DNA of 59,675 nucleotides from a virus (Duplodnaviria > Caudoviricetes). Made by a program: the position numbers and the translations under genes. The stretch is from IMG/VR virus record IMGVR_UViG_3300031857_018978, positions 1 through 59,675 of that record; one strand, written 5' to 3'. Positions 19,867 through 29,498 of this stretch are shown piece after piece. Position 1 is the stretch's first letter, and each line of letters opens with the position of its first letter. Below the pieces are notes generated by a model, which made no database searches, was not told the origin of the DNA, and worked only from the letters and a program-made list of their open reading frames with translations.

Positions 19867-19895
19867 AAAAAAAGCGCACCTTTAAGTGCGCTTTT
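19867..19895 (-). terminator. Rho-independent terminator (possibly bidirectional)
   Basis: AAAAGCGCAC-CTTTAA-GTGCGCTTTT hairpin with a T7 tail on the minus strand. Confidence 0.8.
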
Positions 19896-19904
19896 AAGTT
19901 TACT

Positions 19905-20516
19905 TTATCTAATCGTTAGACTCGTAACTTCACTAGACAAATACCCGCTTCTATTTGAGACATCAACTTTATAATTACCAGAGTCAGAAAGTTTGGCGTT
20001 TTCTATTTTTAAACTAGCTTGAGTTTTTCCAAAAAGAGGTATCCCATTTTTATACCAAATAAAAGTAAGCGGCGGTGATGCAGATGGGTCTACTTTTGCT
20101 TTTATAACAATATCATCGCCAACATAAGCATCTAATTCTACACTATACAGGTCTCCTTCTAAAAGCCAAAAATTATTCTTAACTTTCGTAAGAGTCCATT
20201 GTGACCCCATAGATTTAGTTCTAAAAGCGTTATCTGGATTTAAAATAACAACTCCAGGTCTTGCATCTATTAAAATAGTACCATCAGTTAAACTGCTGCC
20301 ATAAATAATGGCACCACTTTTAAAAATTTCTTTTATCTCATATGGAACGACTATCTTAGCAATACTATTCGCTCTAGATACTACATTTAATAATGTTTGT
20401 TGATCTCTAAAAGATAATACATACTCTTTATCAACAAAAACTGTTTTGACGCTTGTTATTTGAGAGTAGCAGGTTGAAGCTACAAACATTACCGCTGTTA
20501 TTAAAAACAGCTTCAT
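19905..20516 (-). CDS. Secreted protein: signal peptide, phage fibre-type beta domain and Ig domain
   Basis: MKLFLITAVMFVASTCYS|Q signal peptide; WTLTKVKNNFWLLEGDL; LTFIWYKNG...DSGNYKV Ig motif. Confidence 0.75.
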   Translation of the reverse strand: MKLFLITAVMFVASTCYSQITSVKTVFVDKEYVLSFRDQQTLLNVVSRANSIAKIVVPYEIKEIFKSGAIIYGSSLTDGTILIDARPGVVILNPDNAFRTKSMGSQWTLTKVKNNFWLLEGDLYSVELDAYVGDDIVIKAKVDPSASPPLTFIWYKNGIPLFGKTQASLKIENAKLSDSGNYKVDVSNRSGYLSSEVTSLTIR

Positions 20517-20517
20517 T

Positions 20518-20868
20518 TTATCCCTTAGTAATTATAATCTTAACGTTAGAAGGAGCTACGGGAACAATAACAACTAAAGTAGCATTATTACTGTCGCTTG
20601 ATCCAATTGTGTTAGATGCAACAACTTTATAAGTTCCAGCGTCTGTTGTTTGGATGCTATTAAAAACTATCGATGTGCCTGTTGCAACTTGAACATTATT
20701 TTTGAACCAAGTATAAGTAATCGGCGCAGTTCCATCAGCAGTTACACTTAGTGTTACTCTGGTATTTGTGAATACTGTTTCAGATACGTCGGGATTCGGA
20801 GGAGTCTGGGCGCTAAGTCCAAACGAGAATGCAATTAAAAACAAGACCGAGAATAATAATTTCTTCAT
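20518..20868 (-). CDS. Secreted single Ig (I-set-like) domain protein
   Basis: MKKLLFSVLFLIAFSFGLSA|Q signal peptide; GTAPITYTWFKN...DAGTYKVVASN. Confidence 0.8.
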   Translation of the reverse strand: MKKLLFSVLFLIAFSFGLSAQTPPNPDVSETVFTNTRVTLSVTADGTAPITYTWFKNNVQVATGTSIVFNSIQTTDAGTYKVVASNTIGSSDSNNATLVVIVPVAPSNVKIIITKG

Positions 20869-20877
20869 ATATATCCG

Positions 20878-20884
20878 TTTACAC
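20878..20884 (-). promoter_or_regulatory. GTGTAAA motif, putative late promoter element (also at 21898, 25536, 35690, 44850, 45812; ATGTAAA at 57461)
   Basis: Recurs shortly upstream of start codons, mostly 7-9 nt. Confidence 0.55.
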
Positions 20885-20910
20885 AAAAGCCCACGTTTTA
20901 CCGTGGGCTT
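20885..20910 (-). terminator. Rho-independent terminator
   Basis: Minus strand AAGCCCACG-GTAAAA-CGTGGGCTTTT. Confidence 0.75.
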
Positions 20911-20933
20911 CGAACTAAGTACTTTTACTTAGA

Positions 20934-21209
20934 TTAATCTCTACTTGGCCACATTCCTTGAGTGCAAATAATTTGTCTTGGCAAGCCAAGCTCTGCCCAA
21001 TCAACTTTTCTCCCGTCTTTGGTGGGACGAAGATCAGGAATTTTAAATGTCGATCTGCCATCTCCTCCGTACATTGTACCAAGAATGGCAAAAAGTGCTT
21101 GATTGTCTCTGATTTGAAGCTCTCTACCATCACAGTTCATGTAATAGCGTGGAGCGAAATTTCCAGCAAACGTGGAAATTGAACCTATGCAGTCGTCTCC
21201 TTGTGTCAT
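20934..21209 (-). CDS. Minimal phage tail-collar (MdpB-like) domain protein
   Basis: IGSISTFAGNFAPR..CDGREL.I..NQALFAILGTMYGGDGRSTFKIPDLR, with C-terminal IICTQGMWPSRD. Confidence 0.85.
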   Translation of the reverse strand: MTQGDDCIGSISTFAGNFAPRYYMNCDGRELQIRDNQALFAILGTMYGGDGRSTFKIPDLRPTKDGRKVDWAELGLPRQIICTQGMWPSRD

Positions 21210-21240
21210 ATCTAATAATAATTTAAGTTTTTTAATATAC

Positions 21241-21453
21241 TTACTCTATGATAACTCTTGAAACATCATTTTCATCCCATTTTGTTTCGTTCATAGAGCC
21301 TTCGTTCTTCTTCTTTTTGCGGCTAAATTGAGAATAGCAAATCGCCGCTCTTTGTTTTTGATTTGGATATTCCTTCAGCATAGTATCTGAAGACATACAG
21401 GATGCAATAAAGTCATCCTCTTCTTGATTTTTTTTAGGTGTTGGTAATGGCAT
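21241..21453 (-). CDS. Small conserved phage protein (PxP..E..DFI..CM...QRAAICY)
   Basis: 70-aa ORF in operon context. The motif recurs in phage proteins; function unknown. Confidence 0.6.
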   Translation of the reverse strand: MPLPTPKKNQEEDDFIASCMSSDTMLKEYPNQKQRAAICYSQFSRKKKKNEGSMNETKWDENDVSRVIIE

Positions 21454-21455
21454 AA

Positions 21456-21875
21456 TTATTTTTTAGTTGATATTGAAGTTGATCCTTTTTGTACGGTTAC
21501 TTTTTCTCCATCAACCGTAACGCTCATTGGTTCTCTAGACTCTTCTAGATTTTTAATTAAAGAATTGATAATAGAAATTTCTGGTTTTTCTTCTTTTTCT
21601 TTAGAAGATGTGATGCCAGCTAACATTGTTATAAGGGCCATTGCTGCGGTAGAAACTAATCCTATAACAGCAGGAAGTGATTCTTTTGGCAGGAAGGCGC
21701 TAGATAAAACTCCAACAATAACCAATATAACTATACAAGGAATAGCTACTTTGCCGATAAATTTGGACGCTACATCTTTAGCCGAAGATTGAGCTTCTAT
21801 TTTTTTAAGTTCTATTTCTGACTTAGCTTTAAGAACATCAACATGTTCTTCTAGTTCTTTTTCGTTTAATATCAT
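21456..21875 (-). CDS. Two-TM membrane protein
   Basis: Two hydrophobic helices (VAIPCIVILVIVGVLS; VIGLVSTAAMALITMLAG). Confidence 0.65.
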   Translation of the reverse strand: MILNEKELEEHVDVLKAKSEIELKKIEAQSSAKDVASKFIGKVAIPCIVILVIVGVLSSAFLPKESLPAVIGLVSTAAMALITMLAGITSSKEKEEKPEISIINSLIKNLEESREPMSVTVDGEKVTVQKGSTSISTKK

Positions 21876-21914
21876 GGCGCTTGTGGTTGTATGTATATTT
21901 ACACCATAGATAAT

Positions 21915-21941
21915 AAAAAACCCCCGATTTCTCGGGGGTTT
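21915..21941 (-). terminator. Rho-independent terminator
   Basis: Minus strand AAACCCCCGA-GAAA-TCGGGGGTTTTTT. Confidence 0.85.
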
Positions 21942-21944
21942 AGG

Positions 21945-22169
21945 TTAGCGGGAGCTTGTGTATCTTGTGCCTTGAAAGGTAACGGCCTTAACCTGATTCT
22001 TTGCGAATCGACGATTGCGGCCAGCATTACGATCCTCTACCGTGATCATTGTAGAGCCAAAGTTTACAAGACGAGCATTGATTACCTCATGAGAGGTCTC
22101 AAGACCGAAAAAACGACCAGCTGTACGGCTAATCGTGTTGAGCGCGCGATTTGAATTAGTGTTATTCAT
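21945..22169 (-). CDS. Small basic hypothetical protein with its own promoter and terminator
   Basis: Start MNNTNS. Flanked by the promoter at 22187-22215 and the terminator at 21915. Confidence 0.6.
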   Translation of the reverse strand: MNNTNSNRALNTISRTAGRFFGLETSHEVINARLVNFGSTMITVEDRNAGRNRRFAKNQVKAVTFQGTRYTSSR

Positions 22170-22171
22170 AT

Positions 22172-23164
22172 TTATGATTTCCACAAATAATAGAAGTCTC
22201 TGATTAATTTGTCAAGCTGTTTTTCGACAAAAAGTTTATCAAAAATTTTATTGTAAAAAAACTCTGACTTGTTAATCCAATATTTTAGTTTAGGTGGATT
22301 TCTCAAACCAAAAGTAATATATTCGGAAGTGATTTTTGAATTGAAGTAAGCAAAGTTAAATAAATTTGAGACATCTTTATTAAGCAATAATTTATCATAT
22401 GTATTCTTAGGTAAGGTCTGACAAATTTCTTCAAAGGTTTGATTTGAACAATTCAAAGTTTCTTTAGCTAGCAAAATATCTAAGTATATATTTGCATTAG
22501 CGGAGTACTCAAAATTAATAAATTTAATATCAGTGCCAGTGTAGATTATGTTTTCTGGACATAAATCAAAATGGCACAATCCACAATCTTGTGGATCTGG
22601 CTTATACATTTTTTTAAATACCATCTTGGCCGTAGAAAAAAGCTGAATTACTGGATACTTTTTTGCAACCATCATTGCTTCTCTAGGTAAAAAAGAATCA
22701 AATATTTTAATCGTTTGATCTTCCTCTTTTGTCTTAATAGAGTGCATTCGTTTTAAATCTCGCAAGAAAGTATCTTGAAGCTTTAACTTACGATTTAAAG
22801 GATAATTAGATATATCCGACAAAAACATTCCTTTCGGCACTTCAAAACAAAGAAATTTAAATTCATCAGAATCATTTGACGAACAAATTATTTTAGGATG
22901 AAAATCGTAGTTATTTTTCGAAAGCAGATCCCAAGAATTGGGAGTATCGGGAGATAAATTTACTTTTAATAAAAATGGCCTATCATTACCTGCGATTAAA
23001 TAACAATCGTAAATAGGATGAACTTCGTACTTCTTGCATAGACGAATTTCATGCCCAACTTTATTCTCTATAATTCTTTTTGTAGAAGACAAAAACTCTT
23101 CTTCTATAGGAAGAATGTCAACTTCATTTTTTACAGACTGCAAGTAATTTCTTTGTTTTTCCAT
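22172..23164 (-). CDS. APH/choline-kinase-like phosphotransferase
   Basis: FLLK...CHFDLCPENII...KFINFEYS (Brenner motif; the usual DxE is NFE). Confidence 0.7.
   Translation of the reverse strand: MEKQRNYLQSVKNEVDILPIEEEFLSSTKRIIENKVGHEIRLCKKYEVHPIYDCYLIAGNDRPFLLKVNLSPDTPNSWDLLSKNNYDFHPKIICSSNDSDEFKFLCFEVPKGMFLSDISNYPLNRKLKLQDTFLRDLKRMHSIKTKEEDQTIKIFDSFLPREAMMVAKKYPVIQLFSTAKMVFKKMYKPDPQDCGLCHFDLCPENIIYTGTDIKFINFEYSANANIYLDILLAKETLNCSNQTFEEICQTLPKNTYDKLLLNKDVSNLFNFAYFNSKITSEYITFGLRNPPKLKYWINKSEFFYNKIFDKLFVEKQLDKLIRDFYYLWKS
22187..22215 (-). promoter_or_regulatory. Sigma70-type promoter
   Basis: TTGACA-17-TATTAT. Confidence 0.7.
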
Positions 23165-25535
23165 TTAATTTTAATTCGTTATTTTCAACGAATACCTTTA
23201 TTGAATTATAATTATTGGAACAAAGAATATCAACAATCTTAGTCTTTATTTCGTTTTCTACAAAAAATACAATCTTTCTGGCACCTGTTTGCGAACTTCT
23301 CGTTTGATTTAAAATAAATTCATACACTTCTTTAGAGAAGGTAACGGAAGTCCCTTTGCTTTTTAAAGATTCTTTTATTTGATTAAGTTCAACATCAATT
23401 ATCTTATTCAGAGAATCGTCCGAAAGTTGATCGAATATAATTATGTCATTAAGTCGAGCCAAGAATTCTGGTTTGAAAAACTTTTTAAGATTATCCATCA
23501 CGATGTCTTTTTGTGGAGCGGGGTTGGACACCGCACCAAACCCAATTCTTTTATTGTCGGCAAATTGAAATCCGACATTGCCGGTCATTATGATGATAGA
23601 ATTTTTAAAGTTTAATTTATTACCAGTGGAATCAGTTACTTGTCCGCTATCCATGATCTGCAAAAGAATATTTATTACGTCTGGATGAGCCTTCTCTATT
23701 TCATCAAACAAGAATACTGAAGACGGGTGTTTATCGAGATGAGTCCAAAGAACATTCGCTGAACCGTAACCAACATAACCTGGAGGAGATCCTATTAATT
23801 TAGAAACAGAATGTGGCTCCATAAACTCTGACATATCTATAACGCAAAGATTGTCTTCGTTGCCAAATGCTTGTTTAGCTAAAGTTCTAGCTAAATGAGT
23901 TTTACCGGAACCAGTTGGGCCAATAAACATGAAATTCCCAAGCGGTCTATTCGATTTAGAAAGCCCAAAAGAACTGCGTAAAACACAGTCAGAAATCTTT
24001 TTTAAAGCTTCGTCTTGGCCGAAGATATGCTTTTTTAAATTAGGCAAGATGTTTTTTATTCCATCGTTGTTAGATTCTACATCTATAATTTTACCAATTT
24101 TATCTGACAAAGCAGCATAAACATCTTTGGTTTTTACTTTAAACACTTTACCTTTTACTGACTCAACCCACTCATCGTATTTCAATTCGTAATCTTCAAT
24201 TATTTTAGGCAAATGATTTTCTTTAACATCATCTGGCGCAAATTTCTCAAATTGAATAATTAGCCTTTCTGTGTTTTTGATATCATTTGGACGAGAGAAG
24301 CAGCGAATTTTAACTTTAGCGCCAACTTGATCCATTAAATCAATCGCCTTATCTGGAAATCTTTTCGACGGCATGTACTTGTCGCACAAAGAAATAACTT
24401 CATTGATGACCGCATCGGAATACTGAACCATGTGAAACTTTTCGTAAAATCCTTTTAAGGACTTTAGAATTTTAAATGTTTCTTCTTTGCTCGGTTCTTT
24501 TATGAAAACTGATTCAAATCTACGATTCATCGCCCCGTCTTTTACAAAGATATTCTCATACTCTTTTTGAGTAGTCGCTGCGATAAAAGACATATCTTCG
24601 GAAGTAAGATAGGGCTTTAAAATATTAGCTGCGTCCATTGATCCAGCATCGTTGCCCATACCTATGACATTATGAATTTCATCAACAAACACGATAGTGT
24701 TTTTCATGTTCTTCAACTCGTTCATGACCTTTACTAAACGTTCTTCAAACTCTCCGCGTAATTTTGTACCAGCAATTAAAGCAGATAAATTAAGACTGAT
24801 GATTTTTTTATTAAGCAAAAATTCTGTACAATTACAAGATACAATATTATTAGCGAGCAAACCAACAACAGCACTTTTGCCGACACCGGGTTCACCTATG
24901 AGAATGACATTTCTTTTTTGCTTTCTGCAAAGAATTTCTGAAATTTGAGCTACTTCTTTTTCCCTAAAGAAGATATTCTCAAAATCTCCTTGCATAGCAA
25001 GTTCATTAAAATCAGTATAATATGCCGAGGTCTGATTGTCGGATTGACCTTGATTCTTTTGATTTATTGGTCTTTTGACCGGATTAGATAGCATCTTGCA
25101 TTCTTTTTCTACCTTATCCGCCAAGAATGCAACGTCAACTCCGTTATTTTTAAAGAACTTTTTGACGCTAGATGAATGACGTAAAATTGATAAAAATAAA
25201 TGCTCTACTCCTGTATAGTTTTGCTTAAACGAGCTAGATATCTTATAAGATTCATTTATAATTAATGTAGCGCTTGCGCTATAAGGAATATTTTTTCCAG
25301 AAATCTTTTTCTTGCCAGACGGTAATATTTTAGAAAGAGCAAGGATAACATCCTTAACCTCAATAGATAATGATTGAAATACAAGATTAACAATCATTGA
25401 ATCGGAAAACAAAACTGAATGCAGCAGAAAATCGTCAGTAATTTCTGGAAAATTATTTTCTGCACAACGCTCTCTAGCAACGTCTAAAGCTCGTTTTACT
25501 TTTGGAGTAAAGTTTACGTCTTGCACTGTATTCAT
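23124..25535 (-). CDS. clpC: ClpC/ClpA-type AAA+ chaperone
   Basis: Clp N domain, GEPGVGKS, VDEIH, PDKAIDLMD, GPTGSGKT, DEIEKAHPDV and an IGF ClpP-docking loop. Confidence 0.9.
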   Translation of the reverse strand: MNTVQDVNFTPKVKRALDVARERCAENNFPEITDDFLLHSVLFSDSMIVNLVFQSLSIEVKDVILALSKILPSGKKKISGKNIPYSASATLIINESYKISSSFKQNYTGVEHLFLSILRHSSSVKKFFKNNGVDVAFLADKVEKECKMLSNPVKRPINQKNQGQSDNQTSAYYTDFNELAMQGDFENIFFREKEVAQISEILCRKQKRNVILIGEPGVGKSAVVGLLANNIVSCNCTEFLLNKKIISLNLSALIAGTKLRGEFEERLVKVMNELKNMKNTIVFVDEIHNVIGMGNDAGSMDAANILKPYLTSEDMSFIAATTQKEYENIFVKDGAMNRRFESVFIKEPSKEETFKILKSLKGFYEKFHMVQYSDAVINEVISLCDKYMPSKRFPDKAIDLMDQVGAKVKIRCFSRPNDIKNTERLIIQFEKFAPDDVKENHLPKIIEDYELKYDEWVESVKGKVFKVKTKDVYAALSDKIGKIIDVESNNDGIKNILPNLKKHIFGQDEALKKISDCVLRSSFGLSKSNRPLGNFMFIGPTGSGKTHLARTLAKQAFGNEDNLCVIDMSEFMEPHSVSKLIGSPPGYVGYGSANVLWTHLDKHPSSVFLFDEIEKAHPDVINILLQIMDSGQVTDSTGNKLNFKNSIIIMTGNVGFQFADNKRIGFGAVSNPAPQKDIVMDNLKKFFKPEFLARLNDIIIFDQLSDDSLNKIIDVELNQIKESLKSKGTSVTFSKEVYEFILNQTRSSQTGARKIVFFVENEIKTKIVDILCSNNYNSIKVFVENNELKLNGKTKKLLAVCKK

Positions 25536-25542
25536 TTTACAC

Positions 25543-28107
25543 TTAACTTTCGATCTGAGATAACTTTGTGTATATCTTTTCTGTGAGGATTGTCAAGCCA
25601 TTTAGAAAGATTGAATCATCGGCCTTTGAGCCATAGAGGACAACGATATCGTCTTCTTTAGGAGTCTTGCCTCCACCCTCGTAATATTGGGTAAACTTAT
25701 CGTCCCTGCCTCCATCAGTTAAACGGCAAGTCATTTGACCATACTCATCAGAAATTTTAACTAATAAATATGGACGACCAGCGCGGCTGACCTTTTTACG
25801 AGCCTCTTTAACTATACCAACCATCTTTACGTTTTGGCGCAAATCAACCTGAGAAACCTCATAAGTATTGTGAAGCCTGTCTTCTCCATCATTAAAAACT
25901 TCTTTTAATTTGTGGGTATAGCTATATCCGAGAAGACGTTTTTCAAAAAACCAGTTAGCGAACTTCTCATATTTTTTATTCATATCATAGATCTTCTTAT
26001 AAGGTTCGTACTTATTTTTAAATGTTTCAAAACGGCTTTCTTTCATAAACGGCTTACCATCATCTCCAACAGATTTATTTTTAACCAAATCAGCAATAGT
26101 ATTTAGTACATCATGGTCATATTTGGGAGCAACAAGTTTAACGTTACGCTTTTCTCTATCTGTTAAAACATTGTACGTCTGAGCTTCAAGTACAAGACGG
26201 CAGCGCTTTTCGCTGAAGCTAGAAAGAGTACCTGCTTGAATCAAAGATGATAAAACGCCAATATTCACACCAGCTTCTTTAGCTCCATCAAAGCAATCGA
26301 TCTTGTTTGCAAATTCTTCTTGTCTAAACTCAAGCAAATGAGTTAGTACTTTATCAGATACTCCTTTAATGGCATTTAAGCCAAATCGGATATTGTCGCC
26401 TTCGATTTCAAAATCAGCTTTTGACTTGGAAAGATCTGGCGGCAAAAGCCTGATGTTAAAGAATGAAAGCTCTTGTGAGATTGCTTCAATTTCTTCATGC
26501 GGATTTGGCTCATGCTTTGAAGATCTTAGTAAAGCCAAAAAGAATTCTTTTGGATGATTAAATTTAAGATAAGTAGTTAAAGCAGAAAGAGTAGCATAAG
26601 AAACGGCGTGAGATGCATTGAAAGAATAATTCGCACTATCTTCTGCAACTTTCCATAGAACATCAGCAACTGCTGCTTCTAGGTTATTAGAAGCGACTTT
26701 TTCTCTGATTTTCTGCTGCCAAGCTGGCATCTCGCTGACTTTCTTTTTGCCAACAATACGACGTACAGTCTCAGCTTCATCAAGAGTAAATCCAACCTTA
26801 ACGATCATCTTCATCAATTGTTCTTGGAAGATTGGAATGCCTCCAGTAACGCCAAGAATGTCATCAAAGAAAGGATGTACCGATTGGAATTGACCAGTGG
26901 CAACATATCTTGCGTATTGATCTAGGAAGTCTAAAGCACCGGGACGAGCAAGCGAAAGAACGCACGCTAGTTCAAGCATGTTTCTTGGCTTCACCTTTTT
27001 GCAAACATGAAAATTTGTGTTGGCTTCGATTTGGAATAGGCCCTTGGGATTAGATAGGTCTTGTAAGAATTTATATGTAGACGAGTTATCGAAATCAAGA
27101 TTCTTGAAATCTAAGCCAAGTCTTTGGCAGGTATCATAAACAACAGTCAAAGTTCTCAGCCCAAGGATATCGAACTTAACGGTAATTTCTGACACGTTGT
27201 TCATATCGTAGGCAGAAACGATCTCGCCATCGCCTGTCTTTTGCAATGGCATAATATCTTCATTGTTATAATATGAAATAGAAATACCAGATGGATGAAC
27301 TCCAGTATTCTTATTCAGTCCCTCAATCTTCTTGGCTATCTTATAAATCTTTGGATTCTTGTCGCAAAAAGCTTTGAACTGCTCGCTCTCTTCGTAAGCG
27401 TCTTTCAAAGCAAACACCTTGCCGAATTGCTTAGGGATAATATCGCTGACAGCATTAACTTCGTCCTCCGACATCTCTCCCACAATCTTACCGCACTCTT
27501 TAATACACAGTTTACCAGTAAGAGTATTCATGGTAAGAATCTTACAAGTCTTACCGGCGTACTTCGTTTTAATATAATTAATAACGTCCTGACGCTTTGA
27601 GAATTCAATGTCATTATCAACGTCAGGCATCAACGATCCGTCAAGGTAGGTTATGCCATCTACAACAATTTTTTTGGCGCGACTCTTTGAAACGAATCGC
27701 TCAAAGAACAATCCGTTTTTAATTGGATCTACATTGGTGACACCAATTAGAAAAAGAACCAAAGAGCCAGCCGCAGAACCACGCCCGTAACCAGTAGGAA
27801 TATTATGCTCATGAGCATAATTAAGAATGTCCCAGTTAAGCAGAACGTAATCAACGAAACCAAGTTCTTCAAAGATTGCCAGTTCATATTTTGCTCGTTC
27901 ATAATAGTCTTTTTTGTTAGATAATTTGTCTATGCCTTTTGTTCTGACCGCCTTCAAACAAAGTTGGCGCAAAAACTCGACGTTTGAAACTGAGGGATCG
28001 ATGCCAAGCTGTTCATAATATCTAGCATCAATTTTAATCTCTGGAAGGCGAACTCCAGGAGGAACAGGATGTTCGTATTTTTGAAAAGAGTTTAATAAAT
28101 TATTCAT
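25543..28107 (-). CDS. dnaE: DNA polymerase III alpha core lacking the PHP domain
   Basis: GRGSAAGS, PDVDND, HPSG, KFDILGL, YSFNASHA and a C-terminal OB fold. Confidence 0.95.
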   Translation of the reverse strand: MNNLLNSFQKYEHPVPPGVRLPEIKIDARYYEQLGIDPSVSNVEFLRQLCLKAVRTKGIDKLSNKKDYYERAKYELAIFEELGFVDYVLLNWDILNYAHEHNIPTGYGRGSAAGSLVLFLIGVTNVDPIKNGLFFERFVSKSRAKKIVVDGITYLDGSLMPDVDNDIEFSKRQDVINYIKTKYAGKTCKILTMNTLTGKLCIKECGKIVGEMSEDEVNAVSDIIPKQFGKVFALKDAYEESEQFKAFCDKNPKIYKIAKKIEGLNKNTGVHPSGISISYYNNEDIMPLQKTGDGEIVSAYDMNNVSEITVKFDILGLRTLTVVYDTCQRLGLDFKNLDFDNSSTYKFLQDLSNPKGLFQIEANTNFHVCKKVKPRNMLELACVLSLARPGALDFLDQYARYVATGQFQSVHPFFDDILGVTGGIPIFQEQLMKMIVKVGFTLDEAETVRRIVGKKKVSEMPAWQQKIREKVASNNLEAAVADVLWKVAEDSANYSFNASHAVSYATLSALTTYLKFNHPKEFFLALLRSSKHEPNPHEEIEAISQELSFFNIRLLPPDLSKSKADFEIEGDNIRFGLNAIKGVSDKVLTHLLEFRQEEFANKIDCFDGAKEAGVNIGVLSSLIQAGTLSSFSEKRCRLVLEAQTYNVLTDREKRNVKLVAPKYDHDVLNTIADLVKNKSVGDDGKPFMKESRFETFKNKYEPYKKIYDMNKKYEKFANWFFEKRLLGYSYTHKLKEVFNDGEDRLHNTYEVSQVDLRQNVKMVGIVKEARKKVSRAGRPYLLVKISDEYGQMTCRLTDGGRDDKFTQYYEGGGKTPKEDDIVVLYGSKADDSIFLNGLTILTEKIYTKLSQIES

Positions 28108-28730
28108 ACGTCAACCTGCATAATTAACTTACGGAAAATTTTGTAGTTCATTTGGATATCGTACAAAGCATCGTGTAGCTTTGAGGGATCATGATCAATT
28201 CCAAATTGCTTGAGCAAAAACCCCTGACTTGTTTTTAGACCTTTCTCTCTATGATTCATGAGTTTCATTTGCCATGAGAGTAGATCTCCAGACGGCTTTA
28301 TGTCCTTGAATAGTGCCGTAGCTAAAGCTTTGGTGTCAAGCATCCTGTTGATAAAACTCCAATCGTTTTGGATGCTTATGCCACGCATCATTGTATTTAA
28401 AATATAAATATCATAACCGAGTACATTCTGCCCAACAAGAATGTTATTATCATCATAAAGATAACTAGCAAATTTCTTCCATACCTCAATTGGCGGCTTT
28501 GCTCTGGAGATATATTTTTCTTTATTGAAGCCTGTTATCCTAGCCGCGTCTTCAGACACGTTAAGATCGTCGTAGAATACGAATTCGTCATGCTCTTCTA
28601 AGATATCTTCACCTTTACATACTATCCAAGATAATTGCCAAGGGCGAGAATCAGTCAAAGACAAACCCTCCGTTTCGGTATCAAATACCACGAACTTTTG
28701 ATTAATTTTTTGTTTTAAAAGATTGTTCAT
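28104..28730 (-). CDS. DEDDh 3'-5' exonuclease (DnaQ-like)
   Basis: FDTETEG, GQNVLGYD, HDALYD. ATGA overlaps at both ends. Confidence 0.9.
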   Translation of the reverse strand: MNNLLKQKINQKFVVFDTETEGLSLTDSRPWQLSWIVCKGEDILEEHDEFVFYDDLNVSEDAARITGFNKEKYISRAKPPIEVWKKFASYLYDDNNILVGQNVLGYDIYILNTMMRGISIQNDWSFINRMLDTKALATALFKDIKPSGDLLSWQMKLMNHREKGLKTSQGFLLKQFGIDHDPSKLHDALYDIQMNYKIFRKLIMQVDV

Positions 28731-29464
28731 GACGACTCCTTCCAAGATTGGAAGCAAAATTCTTTACTACCACAGCCACCAAGTTCTGGCGCAGATAAGC
28801 TTTGATTCTTGCCCATATTTCTGTTACAAGCTATTTTATATGTAACCCAAGCTGGAAAGTCTTCGCGATTTTTGTAATAGATTGATTTAGCCTCTACAAC
28901 TTTTTCTTTAAATCTTGATTTAAGAAATTCGCCAGTAATCTTATCAAATGGAAGTTTATTATCTTCCGTAAAGTAAATCACATCTTCATTATCTAAAAAG
29001 TCTGGCATACAATTTGAAAATGTATATTTATTCTTCCAGATGTAAGAATCATAAAACGGTACGGCAATTAAAATATTATCTGTCAAGCGTTGAACTAGAT
29101 CATCGTTAGAAATAACTGATTCTTTTTCTGTATTTGCAAAAGTATAAATTTTATTGATATCTTTAAATCCAGAATCATTTAAAGCAAATAAAATTAGTCT
29201 ATGAGTGGATGAATCGGCTGACTCATAACTATTGCAAACTTGAATCCGTAGTCCAAACTTTAATTGGATATTATGTTTTTGACAATTTTTAAAAGCAGTC
29301 AAAAAGCCAGTCAAAGAATCTTCTACCAAATAGATCTCTTTGAGGCTGTTTTCAAGCGCAATCGAAATAATGCTATCGGGACCATCTTGCTTTTGCTTCT
29401 CTGCTTCGTTCAGCGTGAGTATGCTTCTCCCAAATGAGAAGTGCGACTTGAATAGTGGGATCAT
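28727..29464 (-). CDS. Stand-alone DnaE PHP domain with degenerate metal ligands
   Basis: LFKSHFSFGRSIL, IYLVED, KFGLR, LILFALNDSGFKDI parallel the DnaE PHP domain. Confidence 0.8.
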   Translation of the reverse strand: MIPLFKSHFSFGRSILTLNEAEKQKQDGPDSIISIALENSLKEIYLVEDSLTGFLTAFKNCQKHNIQLKFGLRIQVCNSYESADSSTHRLILFALNDSGFKDINKIYTFANTEKESVISNDDLVQRLTDNILIAVPFYDSYIWKNKYTFSNCMPDFLDNEDVIYFTEDNKLPFDKITGEFLKSRFKEKVVEAKSIYYKNREDFPAWVTYKIACNRNMGKNQSLSAPELGGCGSKEFCFQSWKESS

Positions 29465-29470
29465 ACCACT

Positions 29471-29498
29471 ATCCTAGCAGGTCCGTCTAGGATGTCAA
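29471..29498 (-). promoter_or_regulatory. Sigma70-type promoter giving a leaderless transcript
   Basis: TTGACA-16-TAGGAT with an extended TG, 6 nt before ATG. Confidence 0.65.

Noticed and set aside
28090-28730. DnaQ-like and DnaE genes both begin MNNLL
   Set aside because: The codons differ and the ATGA overlap in AT-rich DNA favours MN/MK starts; probably coincidence.
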